A program made the translations under genes and the position numbers. Under the pieces are notes generated by a model. The model was not told the origin of the DNA and did not search any database. It saw nothing but the letters and a program-made list of their open reading frames with translations. Below, piece after piece: positions 1 through 10,936 of a stretch of DNA of 48,733 bases. Positions within the stretch are counted from its first letter, which is position 1; every line of letters begins with the position of its first letter. The stretch covers positions 1 through 48,733 of the forward strand of contig JAAZKA010000021.1 of NCBI GenBank assembly GCA_012800055.1, written 5' to 3'. This DNA comes from Clostridiales bacterium. GTDB taxonomy: Bacteria; Bacillota; Clostridia; Oscillospirales; QAMX01.

Positions 1-1
1 G

Positions 2-283
2 GCGCGGGAGTTCATTCTCAGCTTCACCCGCCGCAACGTCTCCGAAGCCGCCGAACGTGCGCAGCCTCACGACTATAAGACCGCGCTGCAGGAAATTGTC
101 CAGAAGAACCGTGAGGAGACGATTACCTACCGTCTGGTCGCCGAGGAAGGCCCCCACCATGACCGGCGCTTCACCGTAGAATTGCTTCTCAACTCCAATG
201 TCATCGCGACCGGCCGCGGCAACACGAAGAAGAACGCCGAGCAGGCCGCCGCCCATGATGCCCTTAAGCTGATGGGTTTTTAA
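2..283 (+). CDS. rnc: Ribonuclease III, C-terminal fragment (5' end lies outside the window)
   Basis: The frame is open from the window edge to TAA at 281-283. The translation ...YKTALQEIVQKNREETITYRLVAEEGPHHDRRFTVELLLNSNVIATGRGNTKKNAEQAAAHDALKLMGF is a typical RNase III dsRNA-binding domain end (KKxAEQxAA). Confidence 0.85.
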   Translation, partial: AREFILSFTRRNVSEAAERAQPHDYKTALQEIVQKNREETITYRLVAEEGPHHDRRFTVELLLNSNVIATGRGNTKKNAEQAAAHDALKLMGF

Positions 284-314
284 ACGCAGACGTCAATATA
301 ACGAAAATTTCTCG

Positions 315-344
315 AAAAAGCGTCTCGTTTGAGGCGCTTTTTTA
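315..344 (+). terminator. Rho-independent terminator after rnc
   Basis: Hairpin AGCGTCTC-GTTT-GAGGCGCT (319-338, one G-U pair) followed by a T-run (338-343). Confidence 0.6.
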
Positions 345-373
345 TTGCAATTTCGCGTCCGATTTGGTATAAT
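345..373 (+). promoter_or_regulatory. Sigma-70-type promoter for the DUF1385/prmC/recA gene string
   Basis: TTGCAA (345-350), exact 17-nt spacer, TATAAT (368-373), with TGg immediately upstream (extended -10). Confidence 0.5.
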
Positions 374-538
374 TACAAAGAATGAGTAAAAATGAAAAGT
401 TGAGGTACCCCAGCGGGGATATTTTATGCCGTGAAAAGAAAGCAGCGCGGGAGTCCCGCTGGAATTAACAAACGGAACAGAACGATAAAACCAAACAGGA
501 ATAAGAATACCGAATATAGAAAGACCAGGGAACGTTTT

Positions 539-1471
539 ATGGAGAAAAACAATGGTCCGTGCTTCCGAACGACCATAGGGGGGCAGGCGCTGATCGAGGG
601 GATCATGATGAGAGGGCCGGAGAAGTCGAGCATCGCGGTCAGGAAAGAGAACGGGGAGATCGTCACAAAGACAGAGCCGCTGAAGCTGACCACGACCGGG
701 AGCTTTCGAAAGTGGCCGTTCGTGCGGGGCGTGTTCATCTTCGGCGGGTCGATGATCAACGGAGTACGGGCGCTGTTCTACTCGGCGGACATCGCGTTCG
801 AGACGGTGCCCGGGGAGCAGTCGAAGCTGGAGAAAAAGCTCGGGACGAAGAAGTTCAACGACCTGCTGATGGGCGTTGCCGCCGCGCTCGGCGTGCTGAT
901 CCCGGTGGCGCTGTTCTTTGTGCTGCCGACACTGCTCGCCGGTGTGCTCAACGAAGCCGTCGGGTCGGGCTTCGTGCGCAACCTGCTTGAGGGACTGATC
1001 CGCATCGTGCTGTTTCTCGTGTTTATGTTCGCCGTTTCCCGGATGAAGGATATCCAGCGCACCTTCTCCTACCACGGCGCGGAGCATAAGTCGATTGCCT
1101 GCTACGAACAGGGCAGGGAGCTGACCGTCGAAAATGCGCGCGGCTGCCGGAAAGAACATCCCCGCTGCGGAACATCGTTCCTGCTCGTCGTCATGATTGT
1201 CAGCATCCTCGTCTTTTCCGTCGTACGGTGGTCAAACCCGCTGATTCGGCTTGCGCTGAGACTTGCTTTACTGCCGGTCGTCGTGGGCATCAGCTATGAG
1301 ATCAACCGCGCCGTCGGACGCCATGACAACGCCTTTACCCGCATCATCCGCGCGCCCGGACTGTGGCTGCAGAAGCTCACCACAAGAGAGCCGGATGACG
1401 GAATGCTTGAGGTTGCGCTCACCGCATTGAAAGAAGTGCTGCCCACCGTGCAGGGCACCGACCGCTGGTGA
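539..1471 (+). CDS. DUF1385 family membrane protein (commonly found upstream of prmC)
   Basis: The N-terminus ...TIGGQALIEGIMMRGP, the HGAEHK motif and several hydrophobic helices fit DUF1385. The stop overlaps the prmC start (GTGA). The ORF extends to a GTG at 431, but that stretch is A-rich with atypical codons, so the ATG at 539 is preferred. Confidence 0.8.
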   Translation: MEKNNGPCFRTTIGGQALIEGIMMRGPEKSSIAVRKENGEIVTKTEPLKLTTTGSFRKWPFVRGVFIFGGSMINGVRALFYSADIAFETVPGEQSKLEKKLGTKKFNDLLMGVAAALGVLIPVALFFVLPTLLAGVLNEAVGSGFVRNLLEGLIRIVLFLVFMFAVSRMKDIQRTFSYHGAEHKSIACYEQGRELTVENARGCRKEHPRCGTSFLLVVMIVSILVFSVVRWSNPLIRLALRLALLPVVVGISYEINRAVGRHDNAFTRIIRAPGLWLQKLTTREPDDGMLEVALTALKEVLPTVQGTDRW

Positions 1472-2352
1472 GCCGTATGAGCGAAAATAAAGCGCGTACC
1501 TATCGTGAACTCTATGACTATGCTTTCGATGCGCTGTCGGAGATGCCGATGCCCGACCTTGAGACGCGTGAACTGATCACCCTGGCCGGACGCAACTGCG
1601 GCGATCCAATAGACCCCAACACCGTTCAGAGCCGCTACCGGGAGATCGCGCCGCCGGATGCCTACAGCACGCTTATAAAACTGCTTGAGCGCAGACTGTG
1701 CGGCGAACCGCTGGCATATTTGCTCGGCGAGTGGGACTTCTGCGGGTTCACTTTACGGGTCGACAAGCGCGTGCTCGTTCCGCGCAGCGATACCGAGACC
1801 GTCGCGCTCAAAGCGGTGAAGACCGTGCGGGAGAGAAAGTATCAACGCGTGCTCGACCTATGCTGCGGCTCGGGCTGCATCGGTCTCGCCGTGCTGCACC
1901 ACACAACCGCGCATGTCACGCTTGCCGACATCTCGGAGGACGTACTCGATGTCGCGCGGGAGAATGTCGCGCTGATGGGATTTTCCGACCGTGCGGAGGT
2001 CACCATCGCCGACGCGCTCGACGATCCTTCACCTGCGCTCGGGATGTTTGACCTGATTATCAGCAATCCGCCGTACATCAGTGCGGACGAGATGAGCGTC
2101 CTGGATGCCGAGGTCGCGGCGTTCGAGCCGAGTACGGCACTCTACGGAGGTCAGGACGGGCTGAACTTTTACCGCGCGATCGCCGGATACTGGAAGGCCG
2201 CGTTGAAACCCGGCGGTGCGCTCGTGCTCGAAATCGGCGCGGAACAGGCGGAGGATGTGCGCGCAATTTTATTGAAGAACGGATACATCAATATAGAGAC
2301 AGGACAGGACCTCGCGGGACATGACCGCGTGGTCACGGCCTACAGAGAGTGA
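1468..2352 (+). CDS. prmC: Peptide chain release factor N5-glutamine methyltransferase
   Basis: SAM-binding motif [12 protein letters not shown] and the catalytic NPPY motif (IISNPPYI). Length is 294 aa. An alternative ATG start lies at 1477. Confidence 0.9.
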   Translation: MSRMSENKARTYRELYDYAFDALSEMPMPDLETRELITLAGRNCGDPIDPNTVQSRYREIAPPDAYSTLIKLLERRLCGEPLAYLLGEWDFCGFTLRVDKRVLVPRSDTETVALKAVKTVRERKYQRVLDLCCGSGCIGLAVLHHTTAHVTLADISEDVLDVARENVALMGFSDRAEVTIADALDDPSPALGMFDLIISNPPYISADEMSVLDAEVAAFEPSTALYGGQDGLNFYRAIAGYWKAALKPGGALVLEIGAEQAEDVRAILLKNGYINIETGQDLAGHDRVVTAYRE

Positions 2353-2362
2353 GGATATTAAA

Positions 2363-3514
2363 ATGGCGGAGAAGAAGAAGGAAACCATTTCGTACGTCCA
2401 TGTGGACGATAAAAAGAAAGCGCTGGATACGGCGCTGGCACAGCTCGAGAAGACCTATGGCAAGGGCGCGATCATGAGGCTCGGGGACAACGTGAACATG
2501 AATGTTGAGGCGATCCCGACGGGGTCGCTGGGGCTGGACATCGCGCTGGGGATCGGCGGCGTACCGAGGGGCCGTATCATCGAAATCTACGGGCCGGAAG
2601 CCTCGGGTAAGACGACGCTCGCGCTGCACATCGTTGCGCAGGCGCAGAAAAAGGGCGGAGAGGCTGCGTTCATCGACGCAGAACACGCGCTCGATCCGGT
2701 CTACGCAAAGGCTCTCGGCGTCGATATCGACCGTCTGCTCGTTTCGCAGCCGGACAACGGCGAGCAGGCGCTTGAAATCACCGAGGCACTCGTACGCTCC
2801 GGCGCGATCGACGTTGTGGTCATCGACTCGGTGGCGGCGCTTGTGCCGCGTTCGGAGATCGACGGCGAGATGGGCGATACATTCGTCGGGCTGCAGGCGC
2901 GACTGATGTCACAGGCGCTCAGAAAGCTGGCCGGCGGCATTGCAAAGACCAACTGTATGGTCATCTTTATCAACCAGCTGCGCGAGAAGATCGGCATGAT
3001 GTCTTACGGCGGGCCGACCGAGACCACCACCGGCGGACGCGCACTTAAGTTCTACGCGTCGGTGCGCATCGATATCCGGCGTACCGAGTATGTCAAAAGC
3101 GGCGGGGAGAATATCGGCAACCATGTGCGCGCGAAGGTCGTGAAGAACAAAGTCGCGCCGCCGTTCAGGATGGCGGAGTTCGATATCATGTACGGCAAGG
3201 GCATCTCGCAGGAAGCCGAGCTCATCGACCTGGGCGTGATGCACGGACTGGTGCAGAAGAGCGGTTCCTGGTTCGGTATGGGGAATACCCGTCTCGGTCA
3301 GGGACGCGAGAAGGCCGTGCAGTATATGATCGACAACCCCGATGTGGCCAGCGCGCTGCGGGAGGATATTGTGAAGGCCGCGCTGAGCAAATCCGGTTCT
3401 GCGGTGACACTGCCGGCGGAGGAACCGTCGGGCGTGAGCGCAGACGACTTCATCGAGGATGAGCCGCTCAACCCTCCGGTTCCGGATGGAAGTGACGAAA
3501 ATGAAGACGAGTGA
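2363..3514 (+). CDS. recA: Recombinase RecA
   Basis: Walker A motif [12 protein letters not shown], plus [19 protein letters not shown] and [10 protein letters not shown]. The ATG at 2363 follows a GAGTGAGGA ribosome-binding site. The ORF track's extension to 2321 is unlikely to be translated. Confidence 0.97.
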   Translation: MAEKKKETISYVHVDDKKKALDTALAQLEKTYGKGAIMRLGDNVNMNVEAIPTGSLGLDIALGIGGVPRGRIIEIYGPEASGKTTLALHIVAQAQKKGGEAAFIDAEHALDPVYAKALGVDIDRLLVSQPDNGEQALEITEALVRSGAIDVVVIDSVAALVPRSEIDGEMGDTFVGLQARLMSQALRKLAGGIAKTNCMVIFINQLREKIGMMSYGGPTETTTGGRALKFYASVRIDIRRTEYVKSGGENIGNHVRAKVVKNKVAPPFRMAEFDIMYGKGISQEAELIDLGVMHGLVQKSGSWFGMGNTRLGQGREKAVQYMIDNPDVASALREDIVKAALSKSGSAVTLPAEEPSGVSADDFIEDEPLNPPVPDGSDENEDE

Positions 3515-3959
3515 GCCGAGAACTGCCTACACGACGGCGGTGCGTCAGCTCGCGATGCGCGCGATGTCAAAGGCGGAGCTTTATGAGAAGCTGGTGCGTC
3601 AGGGCTACCCGGCGGAGGAAGCGGACGACGCGGTCGCGGCGGTGACCGAACGCGGTTATATCGACGAGGACGCCTACGCACGGTCGCTTGTGAAGCGCTA
3701 CGCGAAGCGCGGTTACGGACACCGTGCCGTCTTTGCACGTCTCCGCGCGCATGGGCTGGATGCAAAAGTCATCGAACCGGCGCTCGAGGAGCTCGAATAT
3801 GACGAAGATATGCTGGTAAAGCTGGCGCTCAAACACCTCAAGGGTGAAACCGGCGCCGAGGCCGTACGCCGTGCCGGAGCCGCCCTTTATCGCCGCGGAT
3901 ATACCCCCGAACAGATCAAAACGGCGCTCAGAAACGCCGGGACGGAGACCGACGAATGA
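3501..3959 (+). CDS. recX: Recombination regulator RecX
   Basis: Lies directly after recA. Repeated helical RecX-type motifs are present ([42 protein letters not shown]...). The start is uncertain, between 3459 and 3501. Confidence 0.8.
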   Translation: MKTSEPRTAYTTAVRQLAMRAMSKAELYEKLVRQGYPAEEADDAVAAVTERGYIDEDAYARSLVKRYAKRGYGHRAVFARLRAHGLDAKVIEPALEELEYDEDMLVKLALKHLKGETGAEAVRRAGAALYRRGYTPEQIKTALRNAGTETDE

Positions 3960-5344
3960 CCAAAAAGTTTGCGATACAGTCTTTGGGCTGCGCGAAGAAC
4001 CTCACCGATACCGAGCAGATGCTCGCCAAACTTCTCACCGACGGCTGGGAACTGGTGGAGGATCCCGACGAGGCCGATATCGGCATCGTCAACACCTGCG
4101 CGTTCATCGAGGATGCGAAGAAGGAGAGCATCGAAGCCATCCTCGAGATGGCGCAGTGCCGCGACACCGGCGCGCTCGTCGCACTCGTCGTAACCGGCTG
4201 TATGGCACAGCGCTATCAGGAGGAAATCCGCAAGGAGCTTCCCGAGGTCGACGCGCTGCTCGGTACCGCGAACATCGCGGACATCGCGGAGGTGTGCGAC
4301 AGGCTGCTCGAGGAGTCCGAGCGCGGCCGGATGCAGAAGATCGCGCGCTTCGGGGACATCAACGCGGAGCTGCCGGAGATACCGCGCGTCCAGTCGACGC
4401 CGGAGTATACCGCCTATCTCAAAATTGCCGAGGGCTGTGATAACCATTGCGCCTACTGCGTCATCCCATCGCTGCGCGGACGCTACCGCAGCCGTACGAT
4501 GGAGAATCTTGTCGGCGAGGCCACCGCGCTTGCCCATACAGGCGTACGCGAGCTGATTGTCATCGCGCAGGACATCACGCGCTACGGCACCGACCTTTAT
4601 GGCGAGCAGAAGCTGCCGGAGCTGCTGACCCGTCTGTGCGCAATCGACGGCATCGAGTGGATTCGGCTGCACTACCTTTACCCGTCGGACATCACACCCG
4701 AAATGGTCGATGTAATTGCGCGGGAGCCGAAGATTCTCAAGTACCTGGACGTCCCGGTGCAGCACTGCTCCGACCGCGTGCTGGAGCGGATGAACCGCCG
4801 CGATACGAAGGCAAGCCTTGAGAGTACGATCGCGATGCTCCGTAAGCGCATCCCCGGCGTGGTGCTCAGAACAACGCTGCTCGTCGGCTTCCCCGGAGAG
4901 ACCGAGGACGACTTTAACGAGTTGTGCGAGTTTGTCAAGAAGCAGAAGTTCGAACGGCTGGGCGTGTTTCCGTACTCGCGCGAGGAAGGGACTCCGGCAT
5001 ATGATATGTCCGACCAGGTGGACGAGGATGAGAAGATACAGCGCGCCGAGACCGTGATGAAGCTGCAGGAGCGGGTGGTATCACGGTACAACACGCGGCA
5101 GCTTGGGACAAAGCGTCAGGTGCTTGTGGAGGGTTTCGACCGTGCGGGCGGCTGTTACTACGGCCGGTCATTCTCCGAAAGCCCGGACATCGACGGGAAG
5201 GTGTTCTTCCTTAAACCGAAAAAAGCACGCCCGCAGGAGGGCGAGTTTGTCACGGTCACGATTCGCGAGGATCTCGACGGCGACCTCGTGGGCGAGTATG
5301 CGGAAGCCGATACGACCGTGCTGACGGAAGGGAACGACGCATGA
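3956..5344 (+). CDS. rimO: Ribosomal protein S12 methylthiotransferase (radical SAM, MTTase with TRAM domain)
   Basis: N-terminal LGCAKN...NTCAF cysteines, the radical-SAM motif CDNHCAYC, and a C-terminal TRAM-like segment. Start and stop both overlap neighbouring genes (ATGA). Confidence 0.85.
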   Translation: MTKKFAIQSLGCAKNLTDTEQMLAKLLTDGWELVEDPDEADIGIVNTCAFIEDAKKESIEAILEMAQCRDTGALVALVVTGCMAQRYQEEIRKELPEVDALLGTANIADIAEVCDRLLEESERGRMQKIARFGDINAELPEIPRVQSTPEYTAYLKIAEGCDNHCAYCVIPSLRGRYRSRTMENLVGEATALAHTGVRELIVIAQDITRYGTDLYGEQKLPELLTRLCAIDGIEWIRLHYLYPSDITPEMVDVIAREPKILKYLDVPVQHCSDRVLERMNRRDTKASLESTIAMLRKRIPGVVLRTTLLVGFPGETEDDFNELCEFVKKQKFERLGVFPYSREEGTPAYDMSDQVDEDEKIQRAETVMKLQERVVSRYNTRQLGTKRQVLVEGFDRAGGCYYGRSFSESPDIDGKVFFLKPKKARPQEGEFVTVTIREDLDGDLVGEYAEADTTVLTEGNDA

Positions 5345-5907
5345 ACAGAAGACGGTTGACCACACCAAACGCACTCACCATCGGGCGCATTGCTCTCATC
5401 CCGGTGTTCGTATTGTTCGCGATGTCCTCGTGGACGTACGCGCCGTTTGTTGCGCTGTTCATCTTCTGCACCGCCGCGATTACCGACAAGCTCGACGGCT
5501 ATCTCGCGCGCAAGTATAACCAGGTCACGTCGTTCGGGAAGATCATGGATCCGCTTGCCGACAAGCTGCTCGTCATCGCGGCGTTTCAGGTCTTCCTTGC
5601 GCAGGGCAGAATAAGCGTTGTACCGCTGCTTCTGATCATTGCCCGGGAGTTGGCCGTGTCGTCGCTGCGTGTCGTGGCGATGAGCGAGGGAAAGCTGATG
5701 CCCGCCGCATGGTCGGGGAAGATCAAGACCGCCGTGCAGCTCACCGTTGCAATTGTCTACCTGCTGTGGCCGGAACGGTGGCTTTCCTGCGGGACGGTCG
5801 TACTGACAGTGCTCGCGTGGATCACCGCCGCCGTCACGCTGTGGTCGGGGTTTGACTACTTCTGGACCAACCGCGCGCTCATCCATACCAGCACCGACCG
5901 CACCTGA
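5341..5907 (+). CDS. pgsA: CDP-diacylglycerol--glycerol-3-phosphate 3-phosphatidyltransferase
   Basis: CDP-alcohol phosphotransferase motif DKLDGYLARKYNQVTSFGKIMDPLADK and multiple transmembrane helices. Confidence 0.9.
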   Translation: MNRRRLTTPNALTIGRIALIPVFVLFAMSSWTYAPFVALFIFCTAAITDKLDGYLARKYNQVTSFGKIMDPLADKLLVIAAFQVFLAQGRISVVPLLLIIARELAVSSLRVVAMSEGKLMPAAWSGKIKTAVQLTVAIVYLLWPERWLSCGTVVLTVLAWITAAVTLWSGFDYFWTNRALIHTSTDRT

Positions 5908-5936
5908 TATTTCTACACAAGGAGCTTATCATCACT

Positions 5937-7358
5937 ATGCTTTTATATAACAGCCTTTCCCGTACCCGTGAGGAGTTTGTGCCCAACAACCCGCCGGTTG
6001 TCAAGATGTACACCTGCGGCCCGACGGTCTACCACTACGCGCACATCGGAAACCTGCGCTCGTATATCTGCGAGGATGTGCTTGAGAAATATCTGCGCTA
6101 CGCGGGCTATGACGTCAAGCGCGTGATGAACATCACCGACGTCGGCCATCTGACGTCCGACGCGGACACCGGCGAGGATAAGATGCTGAAAGGTGCCAAG
6201 CGTGAGCACAAGAGTGTGATGGACATCGCGGCGTTCTACACCGACGCGTTCTTCGACGACTGCCGCAAGCTCAACATCCGCAAGCCCGACACCGTTCAGC
6301 CTGCCACCGGCTGCATCGCCGAGTTCATCCACCTCATCGAGGTGCTTATCGAGAAGGGCTATGCCTACTTCTCTGAGGGCAATGTCTACTTTGATACCGC
6401 AAAGCTCGACGAGTATTACGTGTTCAACAAGCATGAGCAGGAGAACCTTGTCATCGGCGCGCGCGAGGGCGTCGAGATGGACAAAGCCAAGCGCAACCCG
6501 ACGGACTTTGTACTGTGGTTCACGAAATCAAAGTTTGAGGATCAGGAGCTGAAATGGGACAGTCCGTGGGGCGTCGGCTACCCGGGCTGGCACATCGAGT
6601 GCTCCGGCATCAGCATGAAGTACCTCGGCGAGGACCTCGATATCCACTGCGGCGGCATCGACAACGCGTTCCCGCATCATACCAACGAGATCGCGCAGAG
6701 TGAGGCGTATCTCGGGCATAAGTGGTGCAACTTTTGGTTCCATGTGATGCACCTCAACGATGAGACCGGCAAGATGTCGAAGTCCAAGGGCGACTTCCTC
6801 ACCGTGAGTCTGCTCGAGCGGAAGGGTTATGATCCGATGGCATACCGGCTGTTTTGCCTGGGGTCGCACTACCGCCGGACGCTGGCGTTCTCGTGGGCGA
6901 ACCTCGACAACGCCGCCGCGTCGTATAAGAAGCTGATCGAACGCATCGCGAACCTGACACCGGGGGAAGGGTCAGCGGACGACGTGAGCGCCGCGCCGTA
7001 CAAGGCAGCGTTTAAAGAAGCGCTCGACAACGACCTGAACACGTCACTTGCGTTGACGGCGCTGTATGACCTGCTGAAGGCGGACATTGCGGATGGCGTG
7101 AAGCTCGCGGTAATCGGAGACTTCGATCGTGTGCTGTCCTTAAACCTGCTGGAAGCCGCGGCGAAGGTGCGGGAGAAGAAGACCGAGGAGTCTGCCGACG
7201 AGCAGCCGGACGCCGAGGTGGCCGCGCTGATCGAAGAGCGTACTGCGGCGAAGAAGGCAAAAAACTACGCCGAAGCCGACCGTATCCGCAATGTGCTCAA
7301 AGAGATGGGCATCCTCCTCACCGATACGCCGCAGGGCGTCAAATGGCAGCGTGAATGA
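5937..7358 (+). CDS. cysS: Cysteine--tRNA ligase
   Basis: Class I HIGH-type motif ([12 protein letters not shown]), the KMSKS motif, and the GWHIECS zinc-site region. Confidence 0.95.
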   Translation: MLLYNSLSRTREEFVPNNPPVVKMYTCGPTVYHYAHIGNLRSYICEDVLEKYLRYAGYDVKRVMNITDVGHLTSDADTGEDKMLKGAKREHKSVMDIAAFYTDAFFDDCRKLNIRKPDTVQPATGCIAEFIHLIEVLIEKGYAYFSEGNVYFDTAKLDEYYVFNKHEQENLVIGAREGVEMDKAKRNPTDFVLWFTKSKFEDQELKWDSPWGVGYPGWHIECSGISMKYLGEDLDIHCGGIDNAFPHHTNEIAQSEAYLGHKWCNFWFHVMHLNDETGKMSKSKGDFLTVSLLERKGYDPMAYRLFCLGSHYRRTLAFSWANLDNAAASYKKLIERIANLTPGEGSADDVSAAPYKAAFKEALDNDLNTSLALTALYDLLKADIADGVKLAVIGDFDRVLSLNLLEAAAKVREKKTEESADEQPDAEVAALIEERTAAKKAKNYAEADRIRNVLKEMGILLTDTPQGVKWQRE

Positions 7359-7399
7359 TGTACGCAACGTGCATAGTAACAAGATAGTGAGGTAAACGC

Positions 7400-10300
7400 T
7401 TGTTAGGCCTGTGCGAAGCGCTCCGAAAGATACCGGAAATTGAACAACTGATGCAGAAGATCCGCGACGGTACGACGACCGCCGTGGGAGGACTGGGACA
7501 GATCCATAAGGCACACATCATCGCAGCCGTCCGACGCTTCACCGGGCGGCCCTGCGTCGTGGTCTGCGCAGATGAACTTGCCTGCCGGCGCATCGCGTCG
7601 GACATTACAGCGCTTTCGGGTGAGGACGTCATCTCACTGCCCTACCGCGAGCCGGTGTTCCATCATGTTGAGAGCGCCTCACGCGACTGGGAAATTTTGC
7701 GCCTGCGTGCGATGTACGGGCTGTGCGTCGGCACCGTACCGATCGTCGTCACGACACCCGACGCTCTGCTGCTGCGTACACTGCCGCCTGACGTGCTGAT
7801 GTCCCGCACGCTGTCTTTAAAAATCGGGATGCGTCTTGACCCGCGGGAGCTGCAGAAAATGCTTGTCGCGTCGGGGTATGCGCGCTGCGATCGCGTTGAA
7901 GGTTTCGGCCAGTTTGCATCGCGCGGCGGTATTGTCGACTTCTTCTCGCCTGCATATGCCGCGCCCGTCCGCGTCGACTTCTTCGGCGATGAGATCGACG
8001 CGATGGGTTTCTTCGACCCCGAGACCCAGCGGCGCACCGATAATCTCCGGAAAGCAGACCTCCTGCCTGCGCGGGAGGTGCTGCCGGATGCCGCGCCCGG
8101 CGGGACCGATGGGCTGATCCGCGAGATCGAAAAGCTTATTGCGCAGACAAAACGCCGTAAAAAAGCCCCAAAAGAGCTCGAAAAGTGCCTGAGTACAGAC
8201 CTCGAGCGTCTGCGTGAGACCGGGCTGTTCCCGGGACTTGACCGCTATCTGCCGCTGGTGTATCCGGAGATGACTACGGCGTTCGCGTATGTCCCGCGCA
8301 CCGCCGTGGTCTTTTTAGAGGAGACCGGACGGCTCAAGGAGCGCGCGGAAGGGTTCACCTGGCAGATGAACGAGGATATCAAAGGTTTTCTCGAAGCCGG
8401 GACGCTCGCGCCGGGTCTGACGACATTCGCACGGTATTACGACGACCTTTTGGAGGAGTTGCCGGAGAAGGCGTGCGTGCTGCTCGAGAGTTTCATCGGC
8501 GGGAACCTGTTTCCCAGGCCGCGCGCCATCCTGACTGTCCTTGCCAAGCAGCTTCCGTCCTACGGCGGCAGTCTTGAGACCGCCGTCCAGGACGTCGACC
8601 ACTACCGGCGCGGAGGCTATACGACCGTCGTCCTCGCGACGTCCGACCGCCGTGTACAGCATCTCGAGGAACTGCTGCGTTCCGTCGCCGCAAGCATCGA
8701 CCTGAACCTCAATGAGCCGCCCATCCCCGGTACCGTTACCATCGGACGCGGAAATCTCTCCGGCGGCTTTGAGTACCCCGCCGCCAAACTCGCCGTCATC
8801 GTCGAGGGTCAGCTTTTCGTGCAGTCGGAGGTCAGGAAGGAGCGTCCGAAGAAGAAATCCGCAGGCGAGCGGATCAAGTCCTTCTCCGACCTCACTCCCG
8901 GCGACCTTGTTGTCCATGACCAGCACGGTATCGGACGCTTTGAGGGGCTCGAGAAAATCAAGACGGACAACGGACTGCGCGACTATATCCGCATCAGCTA
9001 CGCCGGAACCGATACGCTGTTCATCCCGGCAACACAGCTGGGAATGGTGTCGAAGTACATCGGCGGCGGTGAGGATCATTCGGTACGGCTCAATAAACTC
9101 GGCGGCGCGGAGTGGCAGAAGACCAAAACCCGTGCCAAAGCCGCCGCAAAGGATATGGCCAGGAAGCTCATCGCGCTCTACGCCGAACGCAAACGCCGTC
9201 CGGGATTCAAATTCCCCAAGGATGACGACTGGCAGAAGGAGTTCGAGGACGCGTTTGAGTACAACGAGACCGAGGCTCAGCTCCGGTGTACCCGTGAGAT
9301 CAAGGAGGATATGGAGCAGACCTTCCCGATGGATCGTCTGCTGTGCGGAGACGTCGGCTTCGGCAAGACAGAGGTCGCCTTCCGCGCGATCATGAAGTGT
9401 GTGCTGTCGAATAAGCAAGCCGCCATTCTTGTTCCGACCACCGTTCTTGCCCGTCAGCATTACCTCACAGCGACCCACCGGTTTGCCGGTTACCCGGTCA
9501 AAATTGCCGTGCTGTCACGATTCCAAAGCACCGGTGAAATCCGCGAGACACTCAGAAAGCTGACATCGGGGCTTGTTGACCTCGTCATCGGTACCCATAA
9601 GCTCTTAGGCAAGAGCGTCGTCTTTCACGACCTCGGCTTACTCGTCGTCGACGAGGAGCAGCGCTTCGGCGTCACGCATAAGGAGCGGCTGCGGGAGATC
9701 GCCCGCAATGTCGATACGCTGACGATGACCGCGACCCCCATCCCGCGGACCTTGAACATGGCGCTGACCGGCGTGCGCGATATGAGCACGCTCGAGGAAG
9801 CACCGCATGACCGCCAGCCGGTGCAGACCTACGTGCTTGAGTACGACATGGGTGTGCTGTGCGACGCCATCCGCAAAGAGGTCACGCGCGGCGGGCAGGT
9901 GTACTACCTCTATAACCGCATCGAGACCATCGAGCGTACCGCCGCAAAGCTCAAGGCCGCGCTGCCGGACATCACGCTCGCCGTCGCCCACGGTCAGATG
10001 AGTGAGGAGGCTCTCTCCGAGGTCATGCGCGCGATGTCCGACGGCGAGGTGCAGGTGCTCGTTTGCACCACCATCATCGAGACCGGCATCGACATTCCCA
10101 ATGTCAACACGCTCATCATCGAGGACGCCGACCGTCTCGGACTCGCACAGCTCCATCAGATTCGCGGACGCGTCGGCCGCTCGCCGCGCCGCGCGTACGC
10201 TTACCTCACCTACCGACGCGGAAAGGTGCTGTCGGAGGACGGCATGAAGCGCCTGTCTGCCATGCGCGAGTTTGCCGGTTTCGGCGCGGGGTTCCAGATC

Positions 10301-10888
10301 GCTCTGCGCGACCTGGAGATACGCGGTGCGGGAAATATCCTCGGTACCGAACAGTCCGGGCATATGCTCGACGTCGGGTATGACATGTACCTGCGTCTGC
10401 TGGAGGAAGCGGTGCTGGAGGAACGCGGAGAAGCTCCCAAAAAGCGCGCCGACTGTGAGATCACGCTGCAGATTCAGGCGCATATCCCCGACGACTACGT
10501 GCCCGTCGCGGAGGAACGCATGGATCACTATCGGCGCATCGCGTTCGTCAAGGAACAGGAGGACGCGCAGGATGTCATCGACGAGCTGTGTGACCGCTAT
10601 GGAGAGCCGCCGGAGTCTGTGCGCAATCTGCTGGATATTGCGCGGCTGCGGGCAGAGGCGTCGGCGGCGGATATCGTTGAAATCACGCAGAAGAACGGGT
10701 CGCTGATGCTGACACTCGCGATGCCGGACTTTGAGGCGATCGGGAGACTGTGCGCGATGCCGAGTCTGAAGGGCAGGGTGCTCTTAAACGCGGGAGATAA
10801 GCCGTATGTGTCGGTGAGAATACGCAGCGGGGAGAAGCCGTTGGAAATGGCGCAGAAAATGGTCGCGGCTTACGGCGGCAAAGCGTAG
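7400..10888 (+). CDS. mfd: Transcription-repair coupling factor
   Basis: 1162 aa with a UvrB-homology N-terminus, a CarD/TRCF-like segment (LVVHDQHGIGRF), helicase motifs (GDVGFGKTEVA, DEEQRFG, QLHQIRGRVGR) and a TRCF C-terminal domain. The start is a TTG at 7400 preceded by GTGAGG. Confidence 0.95.
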   Translation: MLGLCEALRKIPEIEQLMQKIRDGTTTAVGGLGQIHKAHIIAAVRRFTGRPCVVVCADELACRRIASDITALSGEDVISLPYREPVFHHVESASRDWEILRLRAMYGLCVGTVPIVVTTPDALLLRTLPPDVLMSRTLSLKIGMRLDPRELQKMLVASGYARCDRVEGFGQFASRGGIVDFFSPAYAAPVRVDFFGDEIDAMGFFDPETQRRTDNLRKADLLPAREVLPDAAPGGTDGLIREIEKLIAQTKRRKKAPKELEKCLSTDLERLRETGLFPGLDRYLPLVYPEMTTAFAYVPRTAVVFLEETGRLKERAEGFTWQMNEDIKGFLEAGTLAPGLTTFARYYDDLLEELPEKACVLLESFIGGNLFPRPRAILTVLAKQLPSYGGSLETAVQDVDHYRRGGYTTVVLATSDRRVQHLEELLRSVAASIDLNLNEPPIPGTVTIGRGNLSGGFEYPAAKLAVIVEGQLFVQSEVRKERPKKKSAGERIKSFSDLTPGDLVVHDQHGIGRFEGLEKIKTDNGLRDYIRISYAGTDTLFIPATQLGMVSKYIGGGEDHSVRLNKLGGAEWQKTKTRAKAAAKDMARKLIALYAERKRRPGFKFPKDDDWQKEFEDAFEYNETEAQLRCTREIKEDMEQTFPMDRLLCGDVGFGKTEVAFRAIMKCVLSNKQAAILVPTTVLARQHYLTATHRFAGYPVKIAVLSRFQSTGEIRETLRKLTSGLVDLVIGTHKLLGKSVVFHDLGLLVVDEEQRFGVTHKERLREIARNVDTLTMTATPIPRTLNMALTGVRDMSTLEEAPHDRQPVQTYVLEYDMGVLCDAIRKEVTRGGQVYYLYNRIETIERTAAKLKAALPDITLAVAHGQMSEEALSEVMRAMSDGEVQVLVCTTIIETGIDIPNVNTLIIEDADRLGLAQLHQIRGRVGRSPRRAYAYLTYRRGKVLSEDGMKRLSAMREFAGFGAGFQIALRDLEIRGAGNILGTEQSGHMLDVGYDMYLRLLEEAVLEERGEAPKKRADCEITLQIQAHIPDDYVPVAEERMDHYRRIAFVKEQEDAQDVIDELCDRYGEPPESVRNLLDIARLRAEASAADIVEITQKNGSLMLTLAMPDFEAIGRLCAMPSLKGRVLLNAGDKPYVSVRIRSGEKPLEMAQKMVAAYGGKA

Positions 10889-10936
10889 CCAAGCCCGTCC
10901 GCATTACAAATTTACGAATGTATGAGGCCAGGAAAC

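Noticed and set aside
431-538. A basic 36-aa N-terminal extension (MKRKQRGSPAGINKRNRTIKPNRNKN...) of the DUF1385 protein starting from a GTG.
   Set aside because: The codon composition is A-rich, unlike the surrounding genes. The homologous core starts right after the ATG at 539. The region is better explained as the 5' UTR of the promoter at 345-373.
5908-5936. An expected T-box leader upstream of cysS.
   Set aside because: The gap to pgsA is only 29 nt, which is too short for a T-box. cysS appears to be co-transcribed with the upstream genes.
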